From Basidiobolus ranarum (lineage: Eukaryota): DNA of 35,895 bases. The stretch spans positions 1-35,895 of the forward strand of contig JASJQH010000062.1 of the NCBI GenBank assembly GCA_040143965.1, given 5' to 3'. Each line of letters begins with the position of its first letter. The first letter of the stretch is position 1. Below are positions 10,739 through 24,751 of this stretch, one piece after another. A model generated the notes under the pieces. It had not been told where the DNA came from and ran no database searches. It saw only the letters and a program-made list of their open reading frames with translations. The translations under genes were made by a program, and so were the position numbers.

Positions 10739-13453
10739 CTGAACGCTCTAGCTATGCACTGCCATTTCAGTGGTCAAAAGAGTGGGCCTTGAGCCATCCA
10801 ATTTAAATGATGTTTAAGGAACGAGAGATGACCAGTGCTGGTAACCAATAAACGAGCTTGAAAGACCACTTAGCGGTTCCATCCCCGACCTTGATCTCTT
10901 GGCCGGAAGTAGGACTGAGTCGATGTTGGAATTCATGGATACTCTTATCACAGTTTTATATCGAGCACTACATGAACACTGCATTTGCGGGTTTTTGAGA
11001 TAAACGACCAACCATATTCCTTCAGATTAGATTCTTTCCCTTTAACCGTAAATTGTAAACATGAGAAAGGAATGCGAGTGAAATCAAGGTGTTCCATCAG
11101 AAGAGCACGGTCAAGTGCTGGGTGTACAAGTCATGGTGATTGAGTAAAATGAATCGCGGTGGTATATACAAGAAGTACCCATTGCCATTCCGAAGGAATG
11201 TCTCAGTTAGCATATTGATTGACAAGGGGAACTTGGACCAATGTAAAATACGAGTAAAATAATAGATGAGGGAGCCGTAGATGTAGGCGTGAAACCATAG
11301 TAAATCAACCGTGATCTGTCAACACAGATGAATTATGGGTCGAGGCTTAGTTTTCCAAGGGAATCTAGAATCTAAAAGGCCAGTAAGTTTAAGGCTAAAT
11401 TAATATGCAGTGTTTTAATAACAATGGCTTGCTTGCTATGCCACCAATTATGAAACAACTCGCTCTTGGACGAACCGAAAGCTAAAGAGGTTAGTTCCAA
11501 TTGACATCTGAAGTCGTATTAAAAAGATTTTCCTCAAAAAGGAGTGCATTAAGGGATGATCAGCTATTAGTATTATCTGTGCGCCATGAAATCGGTAACG
11601 ATTCTACATAGCGCTCTCCGACATGGTGCTTAAGAAAATTTAGGTGTGAAAGCTATAGGCGTGCGGTATTGTAGCACCTAGTGATGGTTACTAAGTTTCG
11701 ATCCAACAAATGATGCATTCGAAAGAGGCGTCGAAGTAGAGGTTATTTGGAGTCGTGCGCGAGAGTCACTTCGTAGTTCAACGAATGGGCAAGCGGATAT
11801 CCAATCGAATCTTCAGTATACAGTTACAAGAAAGTTAGCTTGGCGTTCAGAGGTGGAAGATTGGCTGACACAACTATTGACCTATCATGAAACCTTCGTC
11901 TCAAAATCCGTTGGTATCATGATAATTTGAATTGAAGAGTCAACTTTGTCACACCTCCTATTGTGGTATATAGATTTGGAAATTACAAGTTTTCCATTTG
12001 ACACCGCATGGCATTCTTTTAGGCTTATGAGCTGACATTGAATCTCTTTATCATTGATTATGTAAGGAATCCACCACCGGATAAACGGTAGCTATTTAGC
12101 AATGTATTAGTGACTAGAAAATATCCATTAGCACTGAGAAGACAACTCGCGTGACTCTTCGCAACTCTGTATACTTCTAAGACTGTTTGGTTGCTTTTTC
12201 TAAGTTTGGGCTATTAGAAGATAATGTTGTTGAAAGAATGTTTCCTGACTGGCGGTTAATGTTGTTTGACGAAGGAGTATCTTCCACAAGTTAGTCAAGT
12301 TGGAGGTGTCTGTACTTTCGAGCAGGTATGAGTCGTGCCGCAGGAATTGGACGACAGAATACTCAGATTAGTTGATGTGTTCAAGAGTCATCAGACTTGG
12401 CACTATGCATCAAATCAACACATATTGAAACTGAGCAGGCCCGAGTGTGCTGAATAGTTCAAAATCAATCGTATAGTGCCCTCAGGCTTGATAAAACGTA
12501 AGTTCATATCAATTTCTATACACTAATTTATTTGCAGAATGGGCTAGATGAGCGTTCGTGTGATTCTCTGCTTCATAGATCCCCATTACTTCAAGCAACT
12601 TGTGGATATTTGCGTTTATATAACAATGCATCATCTGCTTGCTATGACGTTGGAGAATATGGACTGCAATCAAAATACAGTCACAAACGATTTTCAACTC
12701 AAGATTCCAGAGTTTTGCAGATGAGCTCAGTTATAATTACTGGGAATTGGCTCATCATATTGCAAGTAGCCAGAAGAAATATAATTCTCGGGCAGAAATC
12801 AAATTAAAATTGTCTTCACTAACACTATTGACTGCCTGACAGTACAGCACTATCGAGTAGGCCAGTATGTTTCTATGGGGATACCACAATGTTATACGAC
12901 TGGTATTATGTACGATAACCTTAATATTCATAAGCCGGTGTAATCGTTCACTTATTCAAAATTATCAGACAAGTACACTCTAAAATGTTAGCACAGTCTA
13001 GAATAAATGTTTGTTAGCAAATAAATACCCAGGGAGATTAAATTCTACATAACCTAAAACTAATCTGTTGAAGAATACTATCAACATGATAGAAATCAGT
13101 TTGCACAATTTAAATTTGATATGTATGGAAGAGCATATTTCAGATGGAAGAATTGTGCCCTAAAGTGTGATGTAATTGTTCAATAGAAATAAATTACTCT
13201 TACTCAGTACCGTATCTAGCAGGTACTATATAAAGCACTATTCTTGTATTTGCTGAAGTTTTTACTCCATCATATTGGGTATCCTAATTATCTTATACCT
13301 AAATATTTCATGAGTTGCATCCAAGTCAATTAGTACTAACACTCGGATCAAAATAATGTTCAGCTTGAAGGCTCAAAGTGTATATCTATTAAACATAAAT
13401 ATGTTCAAAAATGAAATAACTCTCATACTTCTTCTTTCAGTACATAAAGTACA

Positions 13454-13908
13454 ACACCAGAGATGAGAATATGTTTGTTTGAAGACAAGATGCATGGATG
13501 CTGTCCGGGCGAAGAGGCATTAAAAGTATGGAACCTCACTGCATCAAAGAAATTGTTTACTTAAAAGCTTGAAACTGCTCAAGCAAAAGATAGATGGAGA
13601 GGAGACCTGAGCTAATATAAAACTGACAACAGAAATTCTTGGTAAATAAATGGAGGGCAAGATATTCCTGAACACCTATGCTTTGACGTTCTCATGATAT
13701 CTGTACATGGGTGTGATGTAGGAGAAGAAATGGTAATTGATTAGAGGGAAAAAATCACTTTAAAAAGCAAAATGGTAGATATGGTTTTCTTATAAGATTA
13801 CAGAGAATGGATTCGCGATCAAGTTAGACTTTGGATATCACCATATGGGATTGCTGCCTGTGCTTCCGAACTTTTCACTTATGTAGTGCAATGGCTTATA
13901 CGGTACTA
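13454..13908 (+). mobile_element. Possible decayed non-LTR retroelement (LINE C-terminal zinc-knuckle region)
   Basis: One stop-interrupted frame reads KKLFT*KLETAQAKDRWRGDLS*YKTD...QDIPEHLCFD, loosely resembling the recalled KL..xLPT...RPDLY...CxxC..E..EHLF pattern. The cysteines are lost. Confidence 0.25.
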
Positions 13909-15846
13909 ATGTGAAAATGAGCTAGATTACATATCCGTATAAGAGCTAACTGTTAATTGTTAAAGTACTTTGGGAGCCTCTTGGAAGTGGTTTAGAGAAA
14001 TAGAGAAATTGGTGGCTTTCACTTATTGATTTATTGAGTAATCAATTGACATTTATAGTTTTGTCAAGATGTAAGCAAACTAACGTGTAGAATGTGTTAA
14101 AAAAGGTCCCAGAAACATGTGTGCAAAGTTTGGGGCTTCTTTGAAAAATCTATATATCTGAGAACTCCTAAGTTGGTGTCAATATTCTAAGTAAATTCCA
14201 ATTGAGAATAATGGGTGATATCTTAGTTCAATATAGGATAACTAAATACTAAGCTATATATGACTATATAGGTGTTTAGGCAATGCTAACTTCAACATTA
14301 ATAAGATGCAAAATAGAAAAATATTGGCCTAATAGCCAGGGTTACCAAAAAAAAGTCATATAGAAGCTATGCCAACTTTGTGCTCTCAATGTTTTAACTA
14401 GCAGTACCTGATGAATGTGTTTGTATGTGGATGTGGCTAGTCATTAGTATTTATACTAATATCGAAGTACTGATTCGGACTATGTTGCTTGCAAAACTCG
14501 GTCGCTTAATTCACCGTATCATATCACACCATTAGGATTTTGAATTGGGATTATTATGCTAAATCTTCTATTACTATTAAAGCTTTTTATCTCGGTCATA
14601 TTTGCCATCCACACCCCACTATTGTGTAAGTCACATTGAAGTTGATAAAAATAGTTTAATCAAATATCACTTAACCCAAAAAATGTATGCTTGTGTATAT
14701 TCTTTATCCAAGAATTAGTAAAGTTAGACTCAAATTCATTCAAAATAGTCCCTGCTTAATTTTGCCTATGCTCTGAACACAACTTTCCCGTTTTTTCTGT
14801 ATTACCTTCAGTATAGATCCTACATTCCTGATCAATCAATAAACATCACTCAAACTTACAATAGCTTCGTTGTTTAAACCTTTGTTTACAAACCTCCAAT
14901 CGCACAAGTATTTGCGCAATATATCAGTAAATGAATCACTCTGTCATAACTTTGATAAACTCTTGGCTTTCACAATCCTTTCATTAATTCAGAGCAATTT
15001 AATATTCTTCCATTTGTTGGTGGTTTCTGAGACTCCACACTAGACTATGTCTGCAAGGATCAGCTGTCAGTATTATCTTTCAGCTGGACACATCAAGTAA
15101 CTTGCAAATTGCATATTTTCTTTTCCTATCTCTACTGCCATATAATAATATCCAAAAACATTATTGGTTGTACTTGCGCCTACATGGAGTGCTGGGGCTC
15201 ACACATAGACACATACACATACATCCAGCCAATTCCATCATCATTTGCTAAGTACCATTATTTATAGAATTTACTGTGCTGAATAGGCTGAAGCATGGAA
15301 ATATATTGATAGTATTGGATAGATTTCATAGAGCCTATCAGGGATAGCGCAGAGCTTACATGGATGTGCAATGGTCGAATATATGCAGTATTGAGTTGAC
15401 CGAGTTCGAACTTCATTACTACGGTACTGTAGACAGAAGTGAGGCCAATCAACAAATACGCAGATAGGTGCTAACTACCGAGACGCAATAATTGGATTGT
15501 TCGAGTAGAAATTCGTAGCATAACACGGCTGATCAATACATGGATTTCCCTTTGCATCACTGCGGTAGCTGCATTACGTATAAGAAATTAACTTATAATT
15601 ATCGGATTGTTATACAGTTAATTGATCTTTATGTTGTCATAAGCCCCATAAATAATACCAATACCTATTGGCCTACAGCCATCTCTTGACTATTTCCAAG
15701 ATTCATATAGTCCACCTTGTTATAGTAGCCCGCAGCGCAGCGAATGATGACGACAATATCACTTGACTTGATCGGATCCCTACAAAGATGAAATAAAAGC
15801 CATCCATTTACAGACCAAACAACAGTCCATCTAAAGTATTTTGTAA

Positions 15847-16335
15847 ATGCCTCGCTCATCTAGACGCTCAGCACCTGCTGCTCGCTCAGCCCCTCGCACT
15901 CAAACTCGCTCAGCTTCCACTGCACAACCTCGACATGCTCCTCAACAATCTGCTCCTCCTCCACCAACATCTATGACCTCAGCACCACCAGCCGCTATGG
16001 GACGTCCGCAACCTCAGCAACCTGGTTTATTTGGGCAAATGGCTTCTACAGCTGCTGGTGTAGCCGTTGGTTCTGCAGTTGGCCATTCTATCGGTCACGG
16101 AGTTTCTGGCATGTTTGGTGGCAGAGATAATTATGAAGAACCTGAAGCTACTCCTCAAACTTCAACTCCCCAATATGATACTGCTTCTTATCAAGCAACC
16201 AATAGTCATAGCTGTGATGCCGATCTAAAAGCTTTTACTAATTGCTTAGACGCGAATAATAACGACCTTTCGGCTTGTCAGTTTTATCTTGATATGTTAA
16301 AGCAATGTCAAGCGTTCGCTGCCAATCGTGTATAA
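15847..16335 (+). CDS. MIX17: Mitochondrial intermembrane-space twin CX9C protein (Mix17/CHCHD2/CHCHD10 family), 162 aa
   Basis: Arg/Ser-rich N-terminus, PGLFGQMASTAAGVAVGSAVGH segment, C-terminal CX9C-X10-CX9C. Confidence 0.96.
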   Translation: MPRSSRRSAPAARSAPRTQTRSASTAQPRHAPQQSAPPPPTSMTSAPPAAMGRPQPQQPGLFGQMASTAAGVAVGSAVGHSIGHGVSGMFGGRDNYEEPEATPQTSTPQYDTASYQATNSHSCDADLKAFTNCLDANNNDLSACQFYLDMLKQCQAFAANRV

Positions 16336-18816
16336 GCCAATGTAACATTTACACTGACTCAGCTACTAATTATGGAATATCAGAGCTAATGTATCGCAAA
16401 AAGGCATCCATTTCTGCATGAAAACGCATCTTACTCCGTCTCTTGCCAAATCCCTGTACAATATCGTTACATCATGTTTCGCTAAAGTATAGGCGTTTTG
16501 TACTTTCTAAAATAAACACTTTGTATTCTTTACGTAGCATCTTACCAAGAGCTTTGATTTCAACAAATTTGATCTTGAGCATCATCATATTACAGCGTAC
16601 TAATCTAGTTCAGTATGATTATGATGATTTAACTTTAGCACAGCTAACTCAATGACATAATCATTATACAGTCGCAGTTTACTCATATAGGTAGCATTAA
16701 TATACGCTATTATTCTTGTGACGAGACTATTAGGTAAGAATTTTTCTCCTGTGAATGGTTTCTGAGTGTGAGATTACTTATTCGCAATTAGATATGACGT
16801 AGTGCAATGATAGTCTCTCCATGTAGCATTTAGTTTGAAAGAAACCTCTGAAGAACTTCAACAACAACGCTCTGCCTAATCACCCGAGGGACACATTGTT
16901 GTCAGAAATCTACGAAAGCGATGATAACTTGATCAATGTTAAATGAAAATCATAGTTGCGAGCATGCAACATAGACTGCACACTTTCCGACTTCTCATGT
17001 AACCATAGTAGCTGTGGTTAAATGATGTTCACTAAAGGTATTATATATGTTAAGTGGTACTTGCCAATCTGTTCTTTCAATGTTTAATAGGTTGAATGCA
17101 GGAGTACCACTTCATTTTTTATCTCAGTTGATTTTGCTTTTTTAGGCTAACCAATTTTGCTTTAAATTACAATCACTGTCAGTTCATTGACTTTATATAT
17201 TAACCAGATGTCTGGCATGTCTAGACCGTTTGGTATTCTCGGGTATATCACTCGACATGATTACGGTCTAGAATGCCATTTTACCAAGCATGAACTTGGC
17301 CTATGAGCCAACATCAATAAAGAATAATGGTGGCAACAAAGCTTAAACCCCACAATAAATGTAAATCAAAATCACGAGTGGAACCCTCATCGTTCATGTT
17401 TATAGAAATGAAAGATACATTAGGTAACCTGAAATGCCGTATGACTACACAATCAAGTAGTTGTTTATCGGACTGATACTCTTAGCGCTCCCTTGGCGTG
17501 AATCTCTATCATTTCAACGTATTAAAAATAACCTACCATAAGATATATATGTCATATTCCTTTATAACTGTGAACTTTTCAACCGTCTGACCGTAGCACC
17601 GCCGTTAGTGTCTCCTTCCAAATTCCTATTAAGGTAATTTTTCGAAACCTTTTCTCGCTCTTTGACAGGGCTAAAGGGTCATATCTGGAGTGCTAATATG
17701 GCACTTAGCTGTGGAGTGTGGTTGAGCTTGAGTAACAGCATCTTGTATTTCTAAACCATTTAAATGCATGTATATATAATACCTTTAAATTAGCTATACC
17801 TTAAAAAGGCCCATTGTATATATATTACTTTTGTTTCGGACTGTTTCGGGATGCGCCGCACAGAACAAATACCACATTTCAAAAGTTTGCTAGTATTGCG
17901 AAGATCGCCAAGAAGCCAGTGCTGAATTTGCGTAGTGTTGTATGATTTGACCCCCAGAACTGTTATATGTACCCTTTATACTGCGACCTAGGTATACCCC
18001 CGTTTGTATTGCCTCAAGTAGATGCTTAATAGGGATGTTCAGTACCCGCTTTTTTGATAAGATAACTCCACCTCAGCTAGTCTATCGACAAAATGACTGG
18101 GTTTCAATCGCAGCGTCACACATCAAAGATCTGAGAGTTTCTCAGCACTCGGAAAATTTCACGTAGGAAGCCTATTGGTTTAGGGAAAATGATGTTGGTA
18201 CATGAAGGGTACACTTGATACACCTTTTTATAACGTCCTTTCCGTTCGTTGTTGTTGAGCAGATTGCAGTATATGACGACCAGCGGAGTAATTACCCTCC
18301 AGGCAAGAGGAGTTTTCTATAGTTAAGTCATACTAGATGGAATATACTCGAGATAAAATAGACTTAGTTTAGTCTAGTTGTGTTACAATAATAGCCATCA
18401 AGCACTCCAGCTTCCAACATTTCGAACGGTTGATCTCACATGGTAGATTTACTGGACTATCGCGAGATGTTGTATGTCGTTCTAGGCCTGGTTTTTCTAA
18501 TCTGTAATACCCCAATTCCTTTAATTGATACTCTGCCACTTACTCGTAACACTCTCATTGATCTGATCCACTTCAATATACACCAAATAAAGTGTTTATA
18601 CAAATATAACCCATAACCCTAATTAGCTAAGCCAATTCATCAATCCCAACCAAATTATGTCATATGGCTACGTAATTTGCTATCAGATCTCGAGAGGTAG
18701 AATTCGTAATCCAGTTAGCTTTTTTTGAGTTGCAAACATTCGGATTCTACAAAATCCCTCAGTTGCGAACTGCTCTCCTTGTTACGTTATTGTGCTATTT
18801 GGTTTAACATATTAAC

Positions 18817-21800
18817 ATGGTAATTGTAACTTCTGGGAATAGACGTTTGGCTATTCAGTAACTGACCATTCTATCCTTTTTTTAGAGTAAAATGGATATT
18901 GATAAGTCTGATGCGACCATCGATGAAGGATTATATTCTAGACAATTGTAATTACATCTCGCTAAGATTGTACTCTAAACATATGTATTAACGTTTATTC
19001 AACATAGGTATGTCTTGGGCCACGAAGCCATGGCTAAGATGAGCAGCGCCAATGTTCTACTTGTCGGTCTTAAGGGTTTAGGAGTTGAAATTGGTATCAC
19101 GTCGCTTTCAAAGCCTATTTAATCTTGTATAACTACTTAGCATCTTTTTTCAACAAATATGTAGCTAAAAATGTTGTTTTGGCTGGTGTCAAAAGTGTAA
19201 CTCTATATGACCCTGAGACTGTTGAGATCTCCGATCTTGCTGCACAATTCTTCCTTACAACCGAAGATGTTGGTAAAAACAGAGCCGAGGCTTGCGTTCA
19301 TCGTCTTGCCGAACTCAACCAATATGTACCAGTTACTGTTCTTGATGGTGAGCTGACCACTGACAAATTAAGCCAATTCAAGGTATTTATTTTCTACAAC
19401 CTGAAAAGTACTCAACCCATTACTTGGATTATAACTGATATTGACGATTTCAGGTCGTGGTGTTGACTGAGACATCATTAGAACGTCAACTCGAAATCAA
19501 TGACTTTACTCACAAAAATGGCATCTGCTGTATTGTTGCTGATAATCGTGGGTTGTTTGGGTTAGTAATTCTAATTAGTTTTGTATTGTTTTCCTTTAAT
19601 TTAATTATTATGATCCAAAATTTAGTATGGCTTTCTGCGATTTTGGCGAAGGTTTCATCGTCAATGACGCTACTGGTGAGAACCCACATACTTCTATGAT
19701 TGCAGCTGTCTCCAAAGACGCAGAGGCTGTGGTGACCTGCTTAGATGAATCTAGACACGGTCTTGAAGACGGGGACTATGTTACTTTTACTGAGATCAAG
19801 GGAATGGAGGAACTGAACGGTTGTGAGCCCCAAAAGGTTAAGGTTTTGGGCCCATATACCTTTAGTATTGGGGATACTTCTGCATTCAATGACTATGCTG
19901 GTGGTGGTGTATTTACCCAGGTCAAGATGCCCAAGATTTTGAATTTCGTAAGTTCTCGTTCTCTCTGTATATTTTATCTGACAAGGATTAGCTAATTTGT
20001 TGTTTTGTTAGAAATCACTACGTGAATCGCTCAAACAATCGGAATTCTTAATCACCGATTTCGCCAAGTTTGATAGACCTGCTCAACTCCATGTTGGTTT
20101 CCAAGCTCTTGACGCTTTCAGAGTCAAACACTCTCGTCTTCCTAAGCCAAGAGACGAAAGTGATGCTAATGATGTCCTTCAGATCGCCAAGGATATTAAT
20201 GACAAAGCTGACGAAAAGGTTGAGCTATCTGACAGCTTCATCAAAGAATTATCTTATCAGGCAATGGGGTATCTCTCCCCCATGTCTGCTTTCCTCGGTG
20301 GCGTTGTTGCCCAAGAGGTCTTGAAAGCTTGCAGTGGAAAATTCCACCCAATTTATCAGTATCTTTACTTCGATTCATTGGAGTCTCTTCCTACTAGCAC
20401 TACATTAAATGCTGAAGAGTGCAAACCTATCGGCTCTCGTTACGATGGACAGATTGCTGTTTTTGGTCGCCAATTCCAGGAAAAGCTATCAAATGTTCGA
20501 CAATTCCTTGTCGGAGCTGGTGCCATTGGTTGCGAGATGCTTAAGAATTGGACCATGATGGGCTTGGCTACCGGCCCGGAAGGTGTGATTCATCTTACCG
20601 ACATGGATACTATTGAAAAAAGTAACTTGAACAGACAATTTCTCTTCCGCTCAACTGATGTTGGTCAGCTAAAGTCAGAAACTGCTACTAGAGCTATCGT
20701 CAAGATGAATCCTGATATCTCCGGAAAGATCGTTTCCCATCAAGATCGTATTGGTGTCGAGACTGAGAATATCTATAATGATAGTTTCTTTGCTTCTCTA
20801 GATGGAGTTACCAACGCTCTCGATAACGTAGAGACTCGTAAGTACATGGACAGACGCTGTGTTTTGTTCAGAAAGCCACTTTTGGAATCTGGTACTCTTG
20901 GTACCAAGGGTAACACTCAAGTTGTCATTCCCTTCTTGACCGAATCGTACTCTTCATCTCAAGATCCACCAGAGAAGTCAATTCCCATTTGTACTTTGAA
21001 GAATTTCCCTAACGCTATAGAACACACCATCCAGTGGGCACGTGATCTATTCGAAGGTCTCTTTAAGCAACAACCCGAAAACGCCAATCTCTATCTTTCC
21101 CAGCCCAACTTTATTGAACAATTGTTGAAACAAGGAGGTAGCCAAAAAGACGTACTTGACGGTATCAGTAGCTGTTTAGTAACCGCTAAGCCAAGCTCAT
21201 TCCAAGATTGTGTCGCATGGGCAAGACTTCAATTCGAAGAACTTTACCATAACAATATCATGCAACTACTTTACAACTTCCCTAAAGACTCTGTCACTTC
21301 TACCGGCACTCTTTTCTGGTCTGGGCCAAAGCGTGCTCCCAATGTCCTTGACTTTGACTCTGAGAACAAGCTCCATATGGATTTCATTGTAGCCGCAGCC
21401 AACCTTCGTGCATTCATCTTTGGTTTACCCAACGAAACCGATCGTCAAAAGATCCGTGAGATGACCGCAAATGTCATGGTACCTGAATTTACACCTCGTC
21501 AAGGCGTCAAGATTCAAGTTAATGAGAATGAAAACGATAACTCCGCACAAAACTCTGATGAGGCGGAACTTGAGCAAGTAGTCAAATCTCTGCCCAAGCC
21601 TGATGATTTGAGTAACCTTAAATTGAACCCAGTAGAGTTTGAGAAGGATGATGACACCAACTTCCATATAGATTTTATTACTGCCACCTCTAACCTCCGG
21701 GCTACTAATTATAATATCAATCTTGCTGACCATCATAAAACCAAGTTCATCGCTGGTAAGATTATCCCTGCCATTGCCACCACTACAGCTTTGATCACTG

Positions 21801-22255
21801 GTCTTGTGTGCTTGGAATTATACAAAATTATTGATGGTAAGAACAAGCTTGAAGACTACAAGAATGGCTTTATCAACCTGGCTCTTCCATTCTTTGGATT
21901 CTCGGAGCCTATAGAGGCGCCTAAATTCAAATATCACGATACCGAGTTCACTCTTTGGGATCGATTCGACATCAATAAGGACATCACACTTCAAGAATTC
22001 ATTGAACATTTCAAAAAGAATTACGATCTTGAAGTCACAATGGTATCCTGTGGTGTCTCCATGCTCTATAGCTTCTTCATGCCCAAAAAGAAGTTAGAAG
22101 AGCGTAAAACGATGAAATTCTCCAAACTTGTGGAGACAGTCTCAAGAAAAGAAATTCCCGAGCATGTTCAAGCCTTAATTGTGGAGATTTGTGTGAATGA
22201 TCGTGATGGAGAGGATGTTGAGGTACCCTATGTTCGTATTCAAATTCGGGATTAA
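18817..22255 (+). CDS. UBA1: Ubiquitin-activating enzyme E1, about 1013 aa, 7 exons: 18817-18819, 18886-18947, 19008-19093, 19165-19382, 19454-19560, 19626-19947, 20012-22255
   Basis: [59 protein letters not shown], catalytic [22 protein letters not shown]. All introns are GT-AG. The ATG-only first exon is less certain; an alternative start is ATG 18892. Confidence 0.98.
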
Positions 22256-24751
22256 TTCTATTCTCGACAGACCGTGGACTGCCAACCGCTAGAGAGTCAA
22301 ATATTGGGATGATATAAAGCTAATCTACATTAATTTTATCTCAAAATGAAATTTCTCTGGTTTAAATCAACCATGCTGTTTTATTAAATAAACAAGTTAA
22401 TTGTAAACAAAATGAATTATTTATCATCATTAAATTACTAGGAACCAGAATTTTCGAGTGTATCAGAGTTTGGAAGAGTGCAAATTAATGTGGAATAAGT
22501 GATACTTTACCGACGTACTGTGTTGACATATTTCAAAAAGTTGCTTTCGAGTAGTTTATTAAACAATCCATAGTTGACGAATCTCTGAGTTATCCCAGCT
22601 TATCGAACTGCAAAATCGCAATACTAGGGCTGGCCAACAAGAACAATTGTGCATCATCACAGATAGGTCACACAAGTTGATCTTAGAACGTGAAGTATAA
22701 ATTGGTGTATTATTGTTCTAATGCTTTTTAATAAGCCGTGAAGTTTTAAAAAGGATCTGTTTCAAGTTTGCCATTGGCATTCTCAACCTTGTTCGATGAT
22801 AATATATATTTCACACGAACAGACTGAATATGATTAAAACTTTTGTTAATACAAAACACACATCAAGAACCTCGATGCTAGGTAGTGATAGTTCACATCG
22901 CATACCATTCATTCAGCTGGGCTTAAATCTCAATCTCGGCCATCGAGAACAAATGTAAACTTTGGACATGATTGGTGGGAAAATATCACGCTACGGTTCA
23001 TCGAAATCTCAATCGTTGGTATCATAGCATGATAACTTCAAACATAAGAAACATCAAATGTATTAAAATCAATGTTTTACCAACAAGCTCACAATGGATT
23101 GTGCATATCAGGAATCGAACCTGCAACAGTTTGGACCACCAATGCACAGCAATTTAAACAAATCGTACGTCTATCAGAAATCAAAAAGTATCAATGACAA
23201 CCGAAGGTTATCTCAATGGTTAAGCCTTTTGATAAATTAATTCATCATTTAGTCGTTTCAGCTGAAATGCTCGAAAGGAATACAATTAAGGGAGTTGAAC
23301 CCTTTGTCAAGTGGAACTTAACTTGGAACCGTCCGATTGTACTAATGGATATCCTAAAAATAGACTAAATTGGAGTCAGGAATTGTTCAGGAGTTGTTTC
23401 TACAATGAAGAGTAGATATAGTAGGTCAGGGGTGTCATGTCTCTTCAAAAGGTGATCAGGTGAAGAAATTCAAAAAGCAATTTTTTGAACATCATTCCTA
23501 CAGTAGTAGTATCATAATATATTTGAGATGCTTACCATAAACTGTTGTATCGGCAACATCTTCGGAATATTCCATATGGATATGCTAAGAGAAATTGGAG
23601 AGAAGTAGAGGGTAGAACCTATAACACATCTGACCTCTATTTAACACTCTCAATTGCAAAAAAAATACCCCTGAATTACATCCATGATATTTGATTGGCT
23701 AGTTTTCTCGGCCAACAAAATCACGTTTTTTTTTATCGTAAACAGCAGAAATTCATGATAGATTCTAACTGGTATTAAACTTGAAGTATCTTAATTTTAG
23801 AACGATTTGTTTAGCCCTCAACTTACACATTTAAAGCAAAAAAGAAGACTGAGCCCAATGTATAGGGGTGTTTTATATGATATTCCCGAGTTTCACTTTG
23901 ATCACTGGCATATAATTGATGTAAAGTAGCGAAGTGAAGCTAAAATGAATGATCCGTGGCATTAGCTAGAGACAACATAACCATGAGATCCTTTGTTTCC
24001 CACACGTTGGATTTACAGCCATTATATTACATCTTGTACACATTTGGTATAGCTTATACTCAGACAACCAGATTAAGCTAGTTTGTATTATGCACATCCA
24101 TGCAACATCCACTGATAAATAGTCTTAAGCTACTGCAAGTAATATAGGGAATTAGTTCCGTATTCAAAGTTAGCGACTTCTTGTAGTTTCCCAATCATTA
24201 GCCAAGTAAGATACTCAATGGTGTTGTAAAGTCACGCAAAGTGTATGAAAACTCTTGTAATGTTTAGTTCAGTCTGTCACTCTGACCTTTTGCTCTACTC
24301 GTATTATGATCTTTGTTTACTGCAACTCACTTCTCCACGCAAGCATGAGATACTGAAAACCAAAACACTTTTTATACATCTAGTTGAGGAGAATGGAAGC
24401 GAGCTATTTTCCCGATTGTGTCACAAAATAGTTCAAGCAAGGTGGGGAGCAGGTTGCAGCAATAGTTAAGGCGTGTATGGTTATTTTGTTTGTGTATAAA
24501 CGAGCTGTAGGCCGATGTGTCAATTTACATCCCCAGTTTCTTGTTTCAAGGAATCTATTTCCTTGAATACATATAAAAGAAAAGATATCCAGTAGCAATC
24601 ACCTCGACATACACATCTGCAGCTTCTATATATTTGTTTTGTTTATTTCAGTAAGAAGCTTTAGGATTTAGAACATAGTGCTTTTTAAATACCACTGATA
24701 TTTATATCGATACCCCCTACTTACCTTTACTCGTCACTTTCTGTGCATAGT

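Noticed and set aside
14720-15190. Minus-strand LADIV*CGVSET resembling an APE endonuclease motif
   Set aside because: One short interrupted match with no supporting motifs.
17329-17337. Rpn4/PACE-like GGTGGCAAC upstream of UBA1
   Set aside because: Imperfect match about 1.5 kb from the start codon.
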